Positions 19,218-31,467 are shown, counted from the first letter of the stretch. The stretch: DNA of 64,000 nt from Acidimicrobiales bacterium AG-410-I20 (GCA_949538625.1 CATISD010000115.1:7571-71570), one strand, 5' to 3'. Numbers and translations are program-made. Notes: a model not told the origin generated them from the letters alone.

Positions 19218-20769
19218 ATTTGAGTTCATAAAAGTCACTAAGCGGCCTCAAACGACCTTGCACGTTACCGGAACTGCACTGATATTTGTCTCGCTAATGA
19301 TGCTTATCTGTTCGTTTGTAGAACTTTCAGACGACAATTCCATCTACCCGCTGCTAGCAGCTTCTATTATTTGTGGATTTATTGGAAGTGTTGCGAGATT
19401 AACGACTAAACCTGGCGTACTAGGTCAGGCAGAGATTTTCTCAGCCGTTGGCGGTGCCTATCTATTCGTATCGCTTTTCGGTACACTTCCTTATCTTTTT
19501 GCTGGCACTTTTGATCATGGGAACTCAAATTCGCTAATTGAATTCACTGATGCGTTATTCGAGTCGATTTCAGGTTATACGGCTACCGGTTCAACTGTTT
19601 TTGGTAGTCATAACCCGATTGAGTCTCACGGTACGGGAATTCTCCTTTATAGACAGTTAACTCAGTGGCTTGGCGGATTAGGAATCGTAGTGCTTGTAGT
19701 AACTGTTCTACCATCACTTCGTGCTTCAGGACTCGGGCTAATTAGCGCAGAGGCTCCTGGCCCAGAAAGCGATCGTCTCGCTGCAAGAGTTGTTGACACT
19801 GCGAGAGAGTTTTGGAAAATTTATTTCGTTTTAACATTGCTAATTGGAATTGGTTTATTTTCCGCCGGGATGGGTGGCTTTGACGCTCTTGCTCATGCGT
19901 TAACTACAGCCGCTACTGGAGGGTTTTCAACTCGAAGCGCATCTATTGGATTCTGGGATAACCCCGCAATTGAAATTGTTCTGATCTTTGGAATGATTTT
20001 AGGAGGGGCCAGTTTTGCTCTTCATTGGCGAGCGACAAAAGAACGACGCATACCGCATTTTAAAGATGCTGAATTTCGGACTTACATAGGCTTATTTACT
20101 CTTGCTGCTGTTGCTATAGCTTGGATCCTTTCATCTGATGGCCTTGGATTTGGACAAGCTTTACGATCTGCCACTTTCAATGTTGTGGCCTTAGGGACTA
20201 GCTCCGGATTTAGCAATGCAACAGGGGATGGCAGCAATGGTGACTTTGCTGCATGGGCAAGTGGGCCTCAAGCGATTCTATTTATTTTCCTTATCTTTGG
20301 TGGGTGCACTGGTTCAACTTCTGGGGGAGTGAAGATATTCCGCTTGCAAGTTGGAGCTTTACACGCTCTTCGCTCCATACGAAAGTTCAGGAGACCCAGA
20401 GGAATCTTTCCTGTATTTCATGGATCAAAAGTTATTAATGAATCATTAGTGCAACGAATTGCTGGATTTATTGCCGTATACGCAGTACTAGTTGTTTCAG
20501 GAACAATTATTCTCACCATCTTGGACACAGATATCGTTACCGCCGCTAGTGGGGCGGTAAGTGCTCTAGGAAATATGGGTCCTGCTCTTGGTGAAGCGGG
20601 ACCTACATCTTCTTTTGCAGAAGCTTATTCAGCTCCATCACGGCTAGTGCTTGCTTTTTTTATGCTCATTGGGCGTCTGGAAATATTTCCAATGCTGCTA
20701 ATGGTCATTTCTCCCTACAGAGTCACAAAGAGACAGATCAGGCGAATTCGTAAAAAGGATTACTCTTGA
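19210..20769 (+). CDS. trkH: TrkH K+ uptake membrane protein
   Basis: FESISGYTATG, QWLGGLG, GGCTGSTSGGVK, LGNMGP and GRLEIF. Confidence 0.92.
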   Translation: MSRFEFIKVTKRPQTTLHVTGTALIFVSLMMLICSFVELSDDNSIYPLLAASIICGFIGSVARLTTKPGVLGQAEIFSAVGGAYLFVSLFGTLPYLFAGTFDHGNSNSLIEFTDALFESISGYTATGSTVFGSHNPIESHGTGILLYRQLTQWLGGLGIVVLVVTVLPSLRASGLGLISAEAPGPESDRLAARVVDTAREFWKIYFVLTLLIGIGLFSAGMGGFDALAHALTTAATGGFSTRSASIGFWDNPAIEIVLIFGMILGGASFALHWRATKERRIPHFKDAEFRTYIGLFTLAAVAIAWILSSDGLGFGQALRSATFNVVALGTSSGFSNATGDGSNGDFAAWASGPQAILFIFLIFGGCTGSTSGGVKIFRLQVGALHALRSIRKFRRPRGIFPVFHGSKVINESLVQRIAGFIAVYAVLVVSGTIILTILDTDIVTAASGAVSALGNMGPALGEAGPTSSFAEAYSAPSRLVLAFFMLIGRLEIFPMLLMVISPYRVTKRQIRRIRKKDYS

Positions 20770-22013
20770 AGCAAGTTCGTTAGAAGGGATGCTAAATATG
20801 CGGGGTCTTCGCTGCCACACATCTCTCGAATACTATGCATTGCTAACTGTGGAGCACCCAAATCTACTGTTCGAATTCCGGTTGAGGCTGCTGCTAGTGG
20901 GCCGATTGTGGACCCACAGGGCATATCTGAGCGGCTAACGAATGTTTGAAGCGGGACTGAAGTCTTTTCTGCAGCTAACTTCACCAGAGCAGCGCCAAGC
21001 CCGTCTGTTGCATATCGAACATTTGCATTGTGTTTCAAGACCGGTCCATGATTGAGACGAACTTGATGATTTGCATCATGCCTCTCGGGATAGTTTGGGT
21101 GTGTTCCGTGAGCGCAGTCAGCTGAAATCATCAATGACTTTTCTGCGAAGAGCGTCGAATCGTCACTGCAGATATCTAAAGTTTTCTTCAAAAGTGGTCC
21201 CATGGCTCCAGTCGAAGAAGTGCTTCCGATTTCCTCATGGTCGTAAAGCATCACCATCTGCACGAAATCACTACCTGAGTTAGATGCGGAGATCAGAGAA
21301 TCAACTGCAGCGTGGCAGGAAAAGAGATTGTCTATTCGTGGAGCACTAATGAACTCTTCATTTATTCCAGACAAAGTAGATGGCGTAAGGTCATGGAGCA
21401 TCAAATCAAATGACAGGACATCTTTAACATCTACGTCCGCGGTTTCTGCCAACCTTTCAAGAAGACCTAGCCCATCTTCAATCCCGATCACTGGCTGCAT
21501 ATGATCTTGTCGATTAAGTACAAGACCTTTTTCGTTCACCTCACGGTCAAGATGGATAGCAAGTTGTGGTATTCGGGCAATTGGTTTGTCTAACCGACAA
21601 ACCTTCTCAATGAAATTATCTTTACTCTTAAGAACAAGGCGGCCGGAACAACCCAGATCTCTGTCTAACCAACTGTTATTTAAGATTGAGCCATAAGTCT
21701 CTACCCCTAGACTGCGCCACCCATTTTTATTGCTTTCAACTATTGGCTTGAGTCGGAGATTTGGACTGTCAGTGTGAGCGCCTACTACGCGTACTGCTTT
21801 AGCCGCGTTTTTAGGTCTATTTACCGCAATGAGCGCACCATCACGTCTGAAGAAAACCAAATGCTTATCTTTTAAGGTTGAAAGGGACCCAGTCTCGCTA
21901 AAACCAGCCTCTAAAAGTCTTTCCGCAGCAGAGTTCACAGCGTGAAACGGACTCGGCGAAGAGTCAATGAAATCACAAAGGTCTAAAGCAGCTTGTTTTC
22001 CAGTACCAATCAT
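20760..22013 (-). CDS. apeB: M18 family (aspartyl) aminopeptidase
   Basis: SPSPFHAV, GAHTDSP, DHEEIGS, ADCAH and MHSIRE. Confidence 0.92.
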   Translation of the reverse strand: MIGTGKQAALDLCDFIDSSPSPFHAVNSAAERLLEAGFSETGSLSTLKDKHLVFFRRDGALIAVNRPKNAAKAVRVVGAHTDSPNLRLKPIVESNKNGWRSLGVETYGSILNNSWLDRDLGCSGRLVLKSKDNFIEKVCRLDKPIARIPQLAIHLDREVNEKGLVLNRQDHMQPVIGIEDGLGLLERLAETADVDVKDVLSFDLMLHDLTPSTLSGINEEFISAPRIDNLFSCHAAVDSLISASNSGSDFVQMVMLYDHEEIGSTSSTGAMGPLLKKTLDICSDDSTLFAEKSLMISADCAHGTHPNYPERHDANHQVRLNHGPVLKHNANVRYATDGLGAALVKLAAEKTSVPLQTFVSRSDMPCGSTIGPLAAASTGIRTVDLGAPQLAMHSIREMCGSEDPAYLASLLTNLLQE

Positions 22014-22171
22014 TCCTCTATGATGATATGAGGAACTTGAAATTGCTACACATACTTAGCTAGTAATTTCCTTTTGAAGTCACAATGAAGTGAAGTTCTT
22101 GGCACTAACAAGTGCTTGCTAGGGATCAATGACGCTCCAATGCAACTAAAAATTAGATTTGAGCGACCCTA

Positions 22172-25100
22172 ATGACAAACAAATTACCCGAAACCCAAGG
22201 TCTTTACGATCCAAAGTTTGAGCATGATTCATGTGGCGTAAATTTCGTTTGCAATATAAAAGGAGAGCGAAGCCACCGCATTGTTGAACTTGGAGTTGGT
22301 GCTTTATGCCAGATGCAACATCGTGGAGCACTCGGGGCAGAAGCAAACTCTGGTGACGGAGCCGGAATCTTAATACAGATCCCAGATCGGCTTTATCGTG
22401 AAGAGGTCAAATTTGAGCTTCCAGCCATCGAGCATTACGCCACCGGAATAGCCTTCTTGCCGAACGATGCCACAGAAGCAGAGATAGTTCTTAGTGACTT
22501 TGAACGCATCTGCCACGAAGAGGAATTAGAAATACTTGGCTGGAGGGAAGTTCCTATTGACGACTCCATGATTGGGCCTGCTGCTCGGGCTGCGCAACCG
22601 ATGATGAAACAAGTATTTATTGTTTCAAAAAATTCACCCGAGTTATCCGGAATTCATCTTGATCGACTTCTATATGGAGTACGCAAAAGAACTGAGCACG
22701 AGATACTGGCACAGAATTCCAACCAGCAAAACCCAGAAGACAGTATGGCCGCTTCTTCGCAGCCACATGAAGGCATTTATTTCCCATCTCTCAGCTCGAG
22801 AACAATCGTCTACAAAGGGATGCTAACAACTCCACAGCTTGCCGAATATTACCTCGACATAAATGATGAACGAACCGAAAGTGCTTTGGCATTAGTCCAC
22901 TCAAGGTTCTCCACTAATACATTCCCTTCCTGGCCACTCGCTCATCCTTATAGACTCGTTGCCCATAACGGTGAAATAAATACCGTTCAAGGTAATCGCA
23001 ACTGGATGAGAGCTCGCGAGTCTCAACTAGAAACTGATCTCATACCAGGTGACTTGCAAAGGGTTTTCCCAATATGCACGCCTGGTGCAAGTGATACCGC
23101 AGCTTTTGACGAGGCTTTAGAGTTGTTGGTAATGGGTGGCTATTCGCTACCAGAAGCAATCATGACCATGATCCCTGAACCATGGGAACACAATAGAAAG
23201 ATGGCTCCCGATTTACGTTCTTTCTACCAGTACCACTCTTCTCTAATGGAACCCTGGGATGGGCCTGCTTCCATAGCATTTACTGACGGCACTATCATAG
23301 GAGCAGTCTTAGACCGCAATGGGTTGCGCCCGAGCAGATATTGGGTCACCAATGACGACCTTGTGGTTATGGCCAGTGAAGTGGGTGTTGTTAACGTTCC
23401 AGCCGATTCAGTCATTGAAAAGGGCCGTTTAGAACCTGGAAAGATGTTCCTCATTGACACAAATGAGGGACGAATCGTTCGTGATGAGGAAATAAAAGAA
23501 ACGTTAGCAACTTCTCGCCCATACCAAGAATGGCTAGACGCTAATCTTGTTCCGCTCAACCGAAAAAAAAGGTCGGATGAAGTTGCGTTAAACCCAGCAA
23601 CTCTTCTTCAGCGCCAGCAAATCTTTGGATACACACACGAACAACTAAAGATACTTCTTACACCTATGATTCGAGACGCAAAAGAAGCAATCGGTTCCAT
23701 GGGGTCAGATACTCCACTGGCTGCATTATCTAACCGCCCAAAAGAGGTTTTTGATTACTTCCAGCAGTTGTTCGCACAAGTAACAAACCCACCTCTCGAT
23801 GCAATCCGCGAAGAACTTATTACAGCTGTCTCAGGAACATTAGGGCCTCGCCCAAATATTCTAAGTTTGTCAGAAGAGAATTGTAGGCAAATTTTTCTTC
23901 CTCATCCTGTGATAACAGAAGACGAACTTGCATACTTAAGCAGCCAAAATGAACACTCTAATCTTCTAGGCCCTGTAGTGCTTGATAGCACTTTTTGTAT
24001 ATCAGATGGAGTAACTGGACTACAAAAAGCTTTAATCGATTTACAAGAGCAAGCCGAAAAAGCGATCGGTAAAGGTGCCGGAGTACTAATTATCAGTGAC
24101 CGAAACACAAATGAATCAAGGGCCCCAATACCATCTCTTCTTTCAACAGGGGCTATCCACCATCATTTAACGAAAACTAAGAAAAGAAATCAAGTGGGTC
24201 TCGTCGTTGAAAGTGGTGATGCTCGGGAAACCCATCACATCGCACTACTCCTTGGATACGGGGCTTCCGCTGTTTGCCCTTACATGGCGTATGAAACAAT
24301 CGACCAAATTATCGAAGAAGGACTAAATGGAATTTCACCCAATTTGAATCCGGATTTAGCGAGAACAAATTTCATCACTGCTTGTGATAAGGGTCTGCTA
24401 AAGATCATGTCCAAGATGGGTATCTCAACTGTTGCTTCTTATACCGGTGCTCAAATTTTCGAAAGTATCGGATTAAACAATTCAGTCATTGATCTTTGTT
24501 TTACTGGAACAGCCAGCCGGATAGAAGGTGTTGGATTTGAAGTCTTAGCCGAAGAAGTTCTCATTCGCCATAGCTCCGCATTTCCAAATAATTCCCAAGA
24601 AACATCACACAGGACGCTTGAAGTAGGAGGAGAGTATCAGTGGCGAAGAGAAGGCGAGCATCATCTATTCAACCCCGAAACAGTTTTTCGTCTCCAACAT
24701 GCAACGAGAGAAGGTCGTTACGACATCTTTAAGCAATATACAGATCTCGTCAACGATCAAGCAGAACGTCTAGGCACCTTACGTGGTCTTTTTAAATTCA
24801 AACATGGGTTGAGGCCCTCTTTAGATATTGATGAAGTGGAGCCCATTGAGGAGATCGTAAAGAGATTCTCGACTGGGGCAATGTCTTACGGTTCAATTTC
24901 TGCGGAAGCACATGAGGTTCTTGCGATAGCTATGAACAGGATCGGCGGGAAGTCAAATACTGGTGAAGGGGGCGAAGATCCAGAACGATTCATTCCTGAT
25001 CAAAATGGAGACTTACGACGGTCAGCGATTAAGCAAGTTGCTTCAGGTCGCTTTGGAGTGACTTCAGAGTACTTAGTTAATAGTGACGATATTCAAATAA

Positions 25101-26794
25101 AGATGGCTCAGGGGGCGAAACCCGGAGAAGGAGGTCAATTGCCTGGCCATAAGGTTTATCCGTGGATCGCTAAAACACGCCATTCCACACCTGGAGTTGC
25201 ATTAATTTCCCCACCACCACACCATGACATCTATTCAATAGAGGACTTGGCTCAACTCATTTTCGATCTAAAGAATGCGAATCCAGAAAGCAGAGTGCAC
25301 GTGAAACTGGTCGCTGAAGTTGGAGTAGGAACAGTAGCTACAGGAGTATCAAAGGCCCATGCGGATGTGGTGCTTATTTCCGGTCATGACGGAGGCACTG
25401 GAGCCTCGCCACTGACATCTATCAAACATGCTGGTGCACCGTGGGAACTTGGTTTGGCAGAAACGCAACAGACCCTTCTCTTGAACCGTCTAAGAGACAG
25501 AATAGTCGTACAAGTTGACGGCCAGTTGAAGACTGGGCGAGATGTGGTGATCGCAGCGCTCCTCGGTGCAGATGAATACGGTTTTGCCACAGCGCCATTA
25601 GTTGTATCTGGGTGTGTAATGATGCGCGTTTGCCACTTAGACACCTGTCCTGTTGGTGTGGCTACCCAGAATCCAGAATTACGTAAAAAATTCTCAGGAA
25701 AAGCTGAACACGTTGTTAATTTCTTTTATTTCATCGCCGAGGAAGTTCGAGAGTTGCTTGCTGAGCTAGGTTTCCGCTCTCTTAAAGAAGCAATCGGACA
25801 GGTAGAGCATTTAGATTCAGTGGGAGCGATAGACCATTGGAAGGCTCAGGGGTTGAATCTTTCTCCGATCTTTCATCTCCCAGAAATTGAAGAGAGTGCT
25901 GACAGGCGCCAAACACATAAACAAGACCATGGCTTGGATTCAATCCTTGACCGTGACTTGATAGAAAAAAGTGAATCTGCGCTAACGAACCAGGAGAAAA
26001 TAAAGTTCTCTCTACCAATAAACAATACAAATCGTTCAACTGGAACCATGCTCGGGTACGAAGTAACAAAACGTTATGGCGGCCAAGGGCTTCCTCCAGA
26101 CACAATATCTTTTGACTTCACTGGGTCCGCCGGAAACAGTTTCGGTGCTTTTTTGCCGGCAGGCGTCACTCTGCACCTTGAGGGCGACGCAAATGACTAC
26201 GTCGGTAAGGGGCTTTCCGGGGGAAAATTAGTTCTACAACCACCCCAAGATGCCGTCTTTGCAGCAGAAGAACAAGTAATAGCTGGAAATGTGATTCTCT
26301 ATGGAGCAACAAGCGGCGAAGTCTTTATACGCGGAAAAGTAGGAGAAAGATTCTGTGTAAGGAACTCTGGGGCAACAGCAGTAGTTGAAGGAATAGGAGA
26401 TCACGGCTGTGAATACATGACTGGTGGGAGAGCGGTGATTCTGGGTTCAACGGGGAGAAACTTTGCAGCTGGAATGTCGGGCGGTATCGCTTACGTGCAT
26501 GACCCGTTTGGAGATTTTGTAGAGAACGTAAACCATGAAATGGTTCTCCTAGAAGAACCAAACGAAGACGATCTTATTTGGCTTGAGAATATCATCACTG
26601 AGCACTCTGCGAAGACGGGCTCCCAAGTTGCAAAAAAAATTCTTGAAAAGTGGGGTCGACCTTCTTCCCGGTTTACAAAAATTATGCCCACCGACTACAA
26701 GCGTGTACTTGAAGCTGCTGCTGCTGCACGTACGGAGGGTAGAGATGAAGTAGCAGCGATAATGGCGTCATCAGAATCGAGCAATAATGGGTGA
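22172..26794 (+). CDS. gltB: Glutamate synthase large subunit
   Basis: EHDSCGV N-terminal nucleophile, [17 protein letters not shown] and [13 protein letters not shown]. Confidence 0.98.
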   Translation: MTNKLPETQGLYDPKFEHDSCGVNFVCNIKGERSHRIVELGVGALCQMQHRGALGAEANSGDGAGILIQIPDRLYREEVKFELPAIEHYATGIAFLPNDATEAEIVLSDFERICHEEELEILGWREVPIDDSMIGPAARAAQPMMKQVFIVSKNSPELSGIHLDRLLYGVRKRTEHEILAQNSNQQNPEDSMAASSQPHEGIYFPSLSSRTIVYKGMLTTPQLAEYYLDINDERTESALALVHSRFSTNTFPSWPLAHPYRLVAHNGEINTVQGNRNWMRARESQLETDLIPGDLQRVFPICTPGASDTAAFDEALELLVMGGYSLPEAIMTMIPEPWEHNRKMAPDLRSFYQYHSSLMEPWDGPASIAFTDGTIIGAVLDRNGLRPSRYWVTNDDLVVMASEVGVVNVPADSVIEKGRLEPGKMFLIDTNEGRIVRDEEIKETLATSRPYQEWLDANLVPLNRKKRSDEVALNPATLLQRQQIFGYTHEQLKILLTPMIRDAKEAIGSMGSDTPLAALSNRPKEVFDYFQQLFAQVTNPPLDAIREELITAVSGTLGPRPNILSLSEENCRQIFLPHPVITEDELAYLSSQNEHSNLLGPVVLDSTFCISDGVTGLQKALIDLQEQAEKAIGKGAGVLIISDRNTNESRAPIPSLLSTGAIHHHLTKTKKRNQVGLVVESGDARETHHIALLLGYGASAVCPYMAYETIDQIIEEGLNGISPNLNPDLARTNFITACDKGLLKIMSKMGISTVASYTGAQIFESIGLNNSVIDLCFTGTASRIEGVGFEVLAEEVLIRHSSAFPNNSQETSHRTLEVGGEYQWRREGEHHLFNPETVFRLQHATREGRYDIFKQYTDLVNDQAERLGTLRGLFKFKHGLRPSLDIDEVEPIEEIVKRFSTGAMSYGSISAEAHEVLAIAMNRIGGKSNTGEGGEDPERFIPDQNGDLRRSAIKQVASGRFGVTSEYLVNSDDIQIKMAQGAKPGEGGQLPGHKVYPWIAKTRHSTPGVALISPPPHHDIYSIEDLAQLIFDLKNANPESRVHVKLVAEVGVGTVATGVSKAHADVVLISGHDGGTGASPLTSIKHAGAPWELGLAETQQTLLLNRLRDRIVVQVDGQLKTGRDVVIAALLGADEYGFATAPLVVSGCVMMRVCHLDTCPVGVATQNPELRKKFSGKAEHVVNFFYFIAEEVRELLAELGFRSLKEAIGQVEHLDSVGAIDHWKAQGLNLSPIFHLPEIEESADRRQTHKQDHGLDSILDRDLIEKSESALTNQEKIKFSLPINNTNRSTGTMLGYEVTKRYGGQGLPPDTISFDFTGSAGNSFGAFLPAGVTLHLEGDANDYVGKGLSGGKLVLQPPQDAVFAAEEQVIAGNVILYGATSGEVFIRGKVGERFCVRNSGATAVVEGIGDHGCEYMTGGRAVILGSTGRNFAAGMSGGIAYVHDPFGDFVENVNHEMVLLEEPNEDDLIWLENIITEHSAKTGSQVAKKILEKWGRPSSRFTKIMPTDYKRVLEAAAAARTEGRDEVAAIMASSESSNNG

Positions 26795-28247
26795 CCCAAG
26801 AGGATTTTTGAATCACGACCGACAGCTTCCAGAGCGTCGCTCTATTCCTGTCCGCATCAGAGATTGGCAAGAAGTCAACACTTCTTTTCCTTCCGAAGAT
26901 CTGCAACGTCAAGCTAGTCGCTGCATGGATTGTGGCATTCCGTTTTGCAATCATGGGTGCCCATTAGGGAATTTGATTCCTGATTGGAATGATCTTATAT
27001 ATAGAGAGAATTGGAAAGAAGCATCTGAAAGATTGCATGCCACAAACAATTTTCCAGAATTTACTGGCAGATTATGCCCAGCGCCATGCGAGGCGGCATG
27101 CGTTCTTGGAATTAATGAACCACCAGTCACGATCAAACAAATAGAAGTCAGTATTGTTGACAAAGCTTGGGAAGAAGGATGGATAGTTCCACTTCTTCCT
27201 GATCAATATTCAGGTCAACGAATAGCAATTGTCGGATCAGGACCAGCGGGTCTTGCTGCTGCCCAGCAACTTACTCGCTCTGGACATGACGTCAGTGTGT
27301 TCGAACGCGAGGATCGAATCGGTGGCCTTCTTCGATATGGGATACCGAATTTCAAAATGGAAAAGAGGTATCTTGACCAACGGCTAGCACAGATGGAAGC
27401 AGAGGGAACTCAGTTTGTCCCTAATACTTCGATCGGCACAGACCTTCCCGCCAAAGAACTCATAAGGGACTTTGATGCAATTGTTCTTGCGACTGGAGCT
27501 ACAAAATGGCGAGAGCTTCAAATACCAGGAAGAGATGCTGAAGGAATCCTTCAAGCTATGGAGTACCTTCCGTCAGCAAACCGCGTTCAAGAGGGAGATA
27601 TTGACTCTCCTGATGTAACTGCTGAAGGGAAGAACGTAGTAATTATTGGTGGGGGAGATACTGGTGCCGACTGCTTAGGGACCGCGCTCCGCCAGGGAGC
27701 GCTCTCAATCCAACAATTTGAGATAATGCCTAAACCACCGAGTGACCGCTCTGTGTCAACGCCATGGCCAACTTGGCCCCTTACTTATCGAGTTTCTTCT
27801 GCACACGAAGAAGGTGGCGAACGGCAATTTGCGATAAACACTGAAGAATTCATTATCGAAGATGGGAAAGTTGTTGGTGTAAAAACCTACGAAGTTGAAC
27901 AGGTTGCCACTGACTCTTCAATTAATTTTGAGAAAATTAAAGGAACCGAAAAGATATTCCCAGCTGATTTGGTTCTTCTGGCTCTCGGTTTCACTGGCCC
28001 TGAGACTGCAACTCTCCTAGATGACTTAGATTTAGAATTAGACGAGCGAGGAAATATTAAGCGAGGTGAAAACTTTGCCACAAAGAAACCAGGCGTTTTC
28101 GTTTGTGGTGATATGGGTCGTGGTCAATCTTTGATCGTTTGGGCTATCGCTGAGGGGCGATCCGTTGCACACTCAGTAGATACATTCCTTCAAGGAGAGA
28201 GTCGATTACCTTTCCCTGTCGCCCCCACTGACCGGCCGCTTTCTTAA
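26787..28247 (+). CDS. gltD: Glutamate synthase small subunit
   Basis: [25 protein letters not shown] and [14 protein letters not shown]. Confidence 0.97.
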   Translation: MGDPRGFLNHDRQLPERRSIPVRIRDWQEVNTSFPSEDLQRQASRCMDCGIPFCNHGCPLGNLIPDWNDLIYRENWKEASERLHATNNFPEFTGRLCPAPCEAACVLGINEPPVTIKQIEVSIVDKAWEEGWIVPLLPDQYSGQRIAIVGSGPAGLAAAQQLTRSGHDVSVFEREDRIGGLLRYGIPNFKMEKRYLDQRLAQMEAEGTQFVPNTSIGTDLPAKELIRDFDAIVLATGATKWRELQIPGRDAEGILQAMEYLPSANRVQEGDIDSPDVTAEGKNVVIIGGGDTGADCLGTALRQGALSIQQFEIMPKPPSDRSVSTPWPTWPLTYRVSSAHEEGGERQFAINTEEFIIEDGKVVGVKTYEVEQVATDSSINFEKIKGTEKIFPADLVLLALGFTGPETATLLDDLDLELDERGNIKRGENFATKKPGVFVCGDMGRGQSLIVWAIAEGRSVAHSVDTFLQGESRLPFPVAPTDRPLS

Positions 28248-28934
28248 TCAAAAAGGTTGTGCTTCCAAGAAAGTTAATGCCGCATCAATGAATCCGAAGT
28301 CTTTGGGGGTGGCAAAATGATCAACGCCCTTTAGTTCTATGAAACTGCTATTTGGCAAAGCAGAGACAAGTGGAGTGGCTGGTCCAGCGAAATCGTGTTC
28401 ACCTAAAACGATCAAAGTAGGGCAATCTATCCGAGATAATAACTCTGGGGTAATTTCTGGCGAACCGGGCCGTTGCATAAACGCAGTTAAAGCAGTGCGG
28501 TCAGCTCCTGGCAAGTCAGGAAGATTAGCGAAATAGCGTAACTCTGGATCATGAGCTTCACCGGTTTTCACTGCATCAAAAATAGCTGCTCGACGTTCCG
28601 GTTCATTTCGGAAAAGATTTTCTCCTATCCCAGCAAGAACGATCCTGTTAAAGCGTTCAATATTGCTAGCCGCCAACTCCAACACCAAGCGCGCCCCGTG
28701 CGAAAAAGCAACAATGTCTACCGGCTCATCAGGAAAGCCGTCTAGCAGGAAATTCGTGACTTCTCGATAGTCCTCTGGATCTGTTGGCTTTGGAGCCTCC
28801 CCATGTCCAAGCAGATCTATCGCATGAACCTCACGGCCAGCATCTTGAATCAGATCGATCCAACCGTTGTTTCTCCACGTCATCTCTGCAGATGTGCCAA
28901 ATCCATGGATGAGAACGATTGGTGGCTGTGTCAT
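28248..28934 (-). CDS. Alpha/beta hydrolase
   Basis: LIHGF, DLLGHG, AFSHG nucleophile elbow and GVDHF. Confidence 0.88.
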   Translation of the reverse strand: MTQPPIVLIHGFGTSAEMTWRNNGWIDLIQDAGREVHAIDLLGHGEAPKPTDPEDYREVTNFLLDGFPDEPVDIVAFSHGARLVLELAASNIERFNRIVLAGIGENLFRNEPERRAAIFDAVKTGEAHDPELRYFANLPDLPGADRTALTAFMQRPGSPEITPELLSRIDCPTLIVLGEHDFAGPATPLVSALPNSSFIELKGVDHFATPKDFGFIDAALTFLEAQPF

Positions 28935-28963
28935 GGAACTATCTTAGGCAGAAGTTTTACCTT

Positions 28964-30214
28964 CTATTCATTAACTTCGAGGCGAAAGAGCCCACCTGTC
29001 CAGGAAAGGATGTATATCTCTTGATCATGACCTTCAGAGAACCCAGTCACATTCTCTACGAAGAGTTCTGTGGCGTAGGTCGCGAAATCGCCGGTATCTT
29101 CTACTACGGCTAAGCGAATAAGACCATCACACCAGTCGCTAAATACGTAAACTCCGGAGAAGTCAGGTGCTTCAGTGCCGCGATAGACAGTTCCACCAGT
29201 TACTGAACATCTTCCATCCTCATGCCCATAGATAATGTCGGGCAATCTGTGGTCCGTCAATTCAGTTTCGCGATTCCGCCGATCCGCTTCATACACTGGC
29301 CATCCTAGGTTGCGTCCTGACTTCCATTCTCCTATGGGTAATCGAGTGATTTCTTCTAGTTGGTCTTGGCCAACATCGCCGATCCAAAGATCTCCAGTGG
29401 CTTTATCTAGTGAGAATCGCCATGGGTTTCGAAGGCCCCATATTAAGATTTCTGGCTTATTTTCCGTGTCTCCAAAGAATGGGTTAGTTTCTGGAATTCC
29501 ATAGGGTGATTTCTCTACTGGGATGATTCGCAGGATAGCGCCAAACCAATTAGCCGTATCTTGTCCGTTTTCTAGTGGGTCATCCGCTCCACCGCCGTCA
29601 CCAAATCCAATTAACAACATTCCATCTTGATCAACCACTAAGTGCCCGCCATTATGATTAGCAAATGGCTGTTCCAAAGAAAGAATCTCCCATCTTTCTT
29701 TGAAAATAGGGGAGTGGCCCTCCAGGGGAACTCCGACTACACGACTTGTCATATCAGTGTCTGTGTAGCTCAAGTACAATTCGCTTCCCGAAGGAGCGAG
29801 TGCCATACTAAGCAATCCACCTTCTCCAAGGGTGCTTATTTCATTTCTGATATCAAGTACAGCATCACCCACTATTGCGGTTCCATCATCGGAAAAATTT
29901 AACGGAAAGATTTTCCCACTTCTCTCTGCAACTAAAAGAACCTCTGTTTCCGGGACTGCTATGAGTTCAATTGGTTGCTCAAAAGAAGCCACCATTGAGA
30001 GTGAGAATGGATGATCTTTCAGTATGTCCGCATTCAACGCAACTTTCTCTGCTGAAGGGTCCTGACTGGTTGAGGTTGGTGACGCTTCTTCTGCAATCTC
30101 TGCTGAAGATGTTGAACTTGACGAGGGAACAGTCGTTTTACTTATGCCGGAATTATGACTTGAGCAAGCAGTTAGAAAGGAAGCTACTAGTATTGCGTGG
30201 AAAAATCTTTTCAT
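28964..30214 (-). CDS. PQQ-dependent glucose/sorbosone dehydrogenase family lipoprotein
   Basis: Lipobox FLTAC, NHNGG, GDGG, GLRNPWR and DVGQ...EE. ATGA overlap with the MFS stop. Confidence 0.9.
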   Translation of the reverse strand: MKRFFHAILVASFLTACSSHNSGISKTTVPSSSSTSSAEIAEEASPTSTSQDPSAEKVALNADILKDHPFSLSMVASFEQPIELIAVPETEVLLVAERSGKIFPLNFSDDGTAIVGDAVLDIRNEISTLGEGGLLSMALAPSGSELYLSYTDTDMTSRVVGVPLEGHSPIFKERWEILSLEQPFANHNGGHLVVDQDGMLLIGFGDGGGADDPLENGQDTANWFGAILRIIPVEKSPYGIPETNPFFGDTENKPEILIWGLRNPWRFSLDKATGDLWIGDVGQDQLEEITRLPIGEWKSGRNLGWPVYEADRRNRETELTDHRLPDIIYGHEDGRCSVTGGTVYRGTEAPDFSGVYVFSDWCDGLIRLAVVEDTGDFATYATELFVENVTGFSEGHDQEIYILSWTGGLFRLEVNE

Positions 30215-31467
30215 GATTTCTGAGTTAGCCATATCCTCTTATTTAGTTCAAAAAGTATGTACCCAACTATGGGAACTAAACCAATAAACGCGGCGTTGTG
30301 ACTCATTGTTTGATAATCAGTTCTAGCAACTAATAGACCAGAGCCTATTCCGGCTAGTCCACCAGATGCTGTCATAATCAGATCTGCGAGGCCCTGAACT
30401 CTAACTTTCTCTGGCCCTTCAAAAGTTTTCGTCAACAAGGCGGATGACGCTACTAAGCCACAGCTCCATCCAACACCAATAAGAAAAAGTCCAATAAATA
30501 CTCCGAGGCTGTCATTTTTGTCAGTGTGGGCGGCCAACTCTGATCCGAGGAAAAGGAGAGACCCTCCAATAATTAGAACCGGTCCAGCTCCAATACGGTC
30601 CACTATCCATCCAATAACTGGAGCAACTGCATACATGCCCACTATGTGCAGCGAAATGACAAACCCAATAATTTCTAATTCGTGTGATCCGTCCTTCATA
30701 TGCAGGGGAGTCATTGTCATTACTCCAACCATCACTACATGTCCAGAAACCATGGAGATTACAGATAATTGTCCAGCATGCGAGGTGAAGAGCAACTTGA
30801 AAGCCTCTTTTAAGCCTTTGTCTTGTTTTAGATTTTGTGAGTCACCAGAAATCAATAGAGGATCAGGATGTAAGTTTTTATGGATTACAAACCCTGCCAC
30901 GATGAACAACAAACAAGACAGAACATACGGGCCTGCTAACTCAGGAAGCCCAATCAACATTCCAAAAGATTTAGCTGGACCAAAGCCAATTGTTGGCCCT
31001 AAAACAGAGCCAAATGTTGAGGCCCAAACCAAAGTGCCTATTGCTCTTGCTTTTCGATCTGGTGCAGCTAAGTCAGCGGCCGCGTACCGAGCCGCCAAAT
31101 TTGCAGCATTCCCAATACCGACACCCAGGATTCCTATGGGAAGCAAGATGTAAAGTTTGCTTAATGCTGCAAACATCGCAAATAGTGAACCAACAGAGGC
31201 TAGAAAATATCCAATTGTTAGCCCAGGACGCCTGCCATGCCTCATCATTAAGCGTGCTAGGGGAAGAGTTGCAAGTGCGGACCCCGTTGTCATGCATGCT
31301 GCAGCTAGTCCGCCGAGTGTCTCAGATCCACTTAGTTCTTCTCCAAGTACCGCTGCTGCGGAGTATGCGCCGCTCATTGCAGCACCAGCAGGAACCAATC
31401 CTGCCATAAGAGTCCGTAAGGTACGCTTCTGAGCAATTTCTCGTTCTTCAAGCGTTATTTCAGCCAC
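30211..31467 (-). CDS. MFS transporter
   Basis: About 12 TM helices; RHGRRPG and GWIVDRIG motif-A-like loops. Confidence 0.9.
   Translation of the reverse strand: MAEITLEEREIAQKRTLRTLMAGLVPAGAAMSGAYSAAAVLGEELSGSETLGGLAAACMTTGSALATLPLARLMMRHGRRPGLTIGYFLASVGSLFAMFAALSKLYILLPIGILGVGIGNAANLAARYAAADLAAPDRKARAIGTLVWASTFGSVLGPTIGFGPAKSFGMLIGLPELAGPYVLSCLLFIVAGFVIHKNLHPDPLLISGDSQNLKQDKGLKEAFKLLFTSHAGQLSVISMVSGHVVMVGVMTMTPLHMKDGSHELEIIGFVISLHIVGMYAVAPVIGWIVDRIGAGPVLIIGGSLLFLGSELAAHTDKNDSLGVFIGLFLIGVGWSCGLVASSALLTKTFEGPEKVRVQGLADLIMTASGGLAGIGSGLLVARTDYQTMSHNAAFIGLVPIVGYILFELNKRIWLTQKS

Noticed and set aside
22099-22120. CIRCE or sigma-54 element (TTGGCACT...AGTGC)
   Set aside because: The spacer is too short for CIRCE (N9) and one base off for -24/-12 spacing.
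30518-31432. Several long plus-strand ORFs over the MFS gene (similar ones over soxA, hppA, gltB, tatC, arc)
   Set aside because: Antisense or alternative-frame shadows of well-supported genes, with no motifs or RBS.
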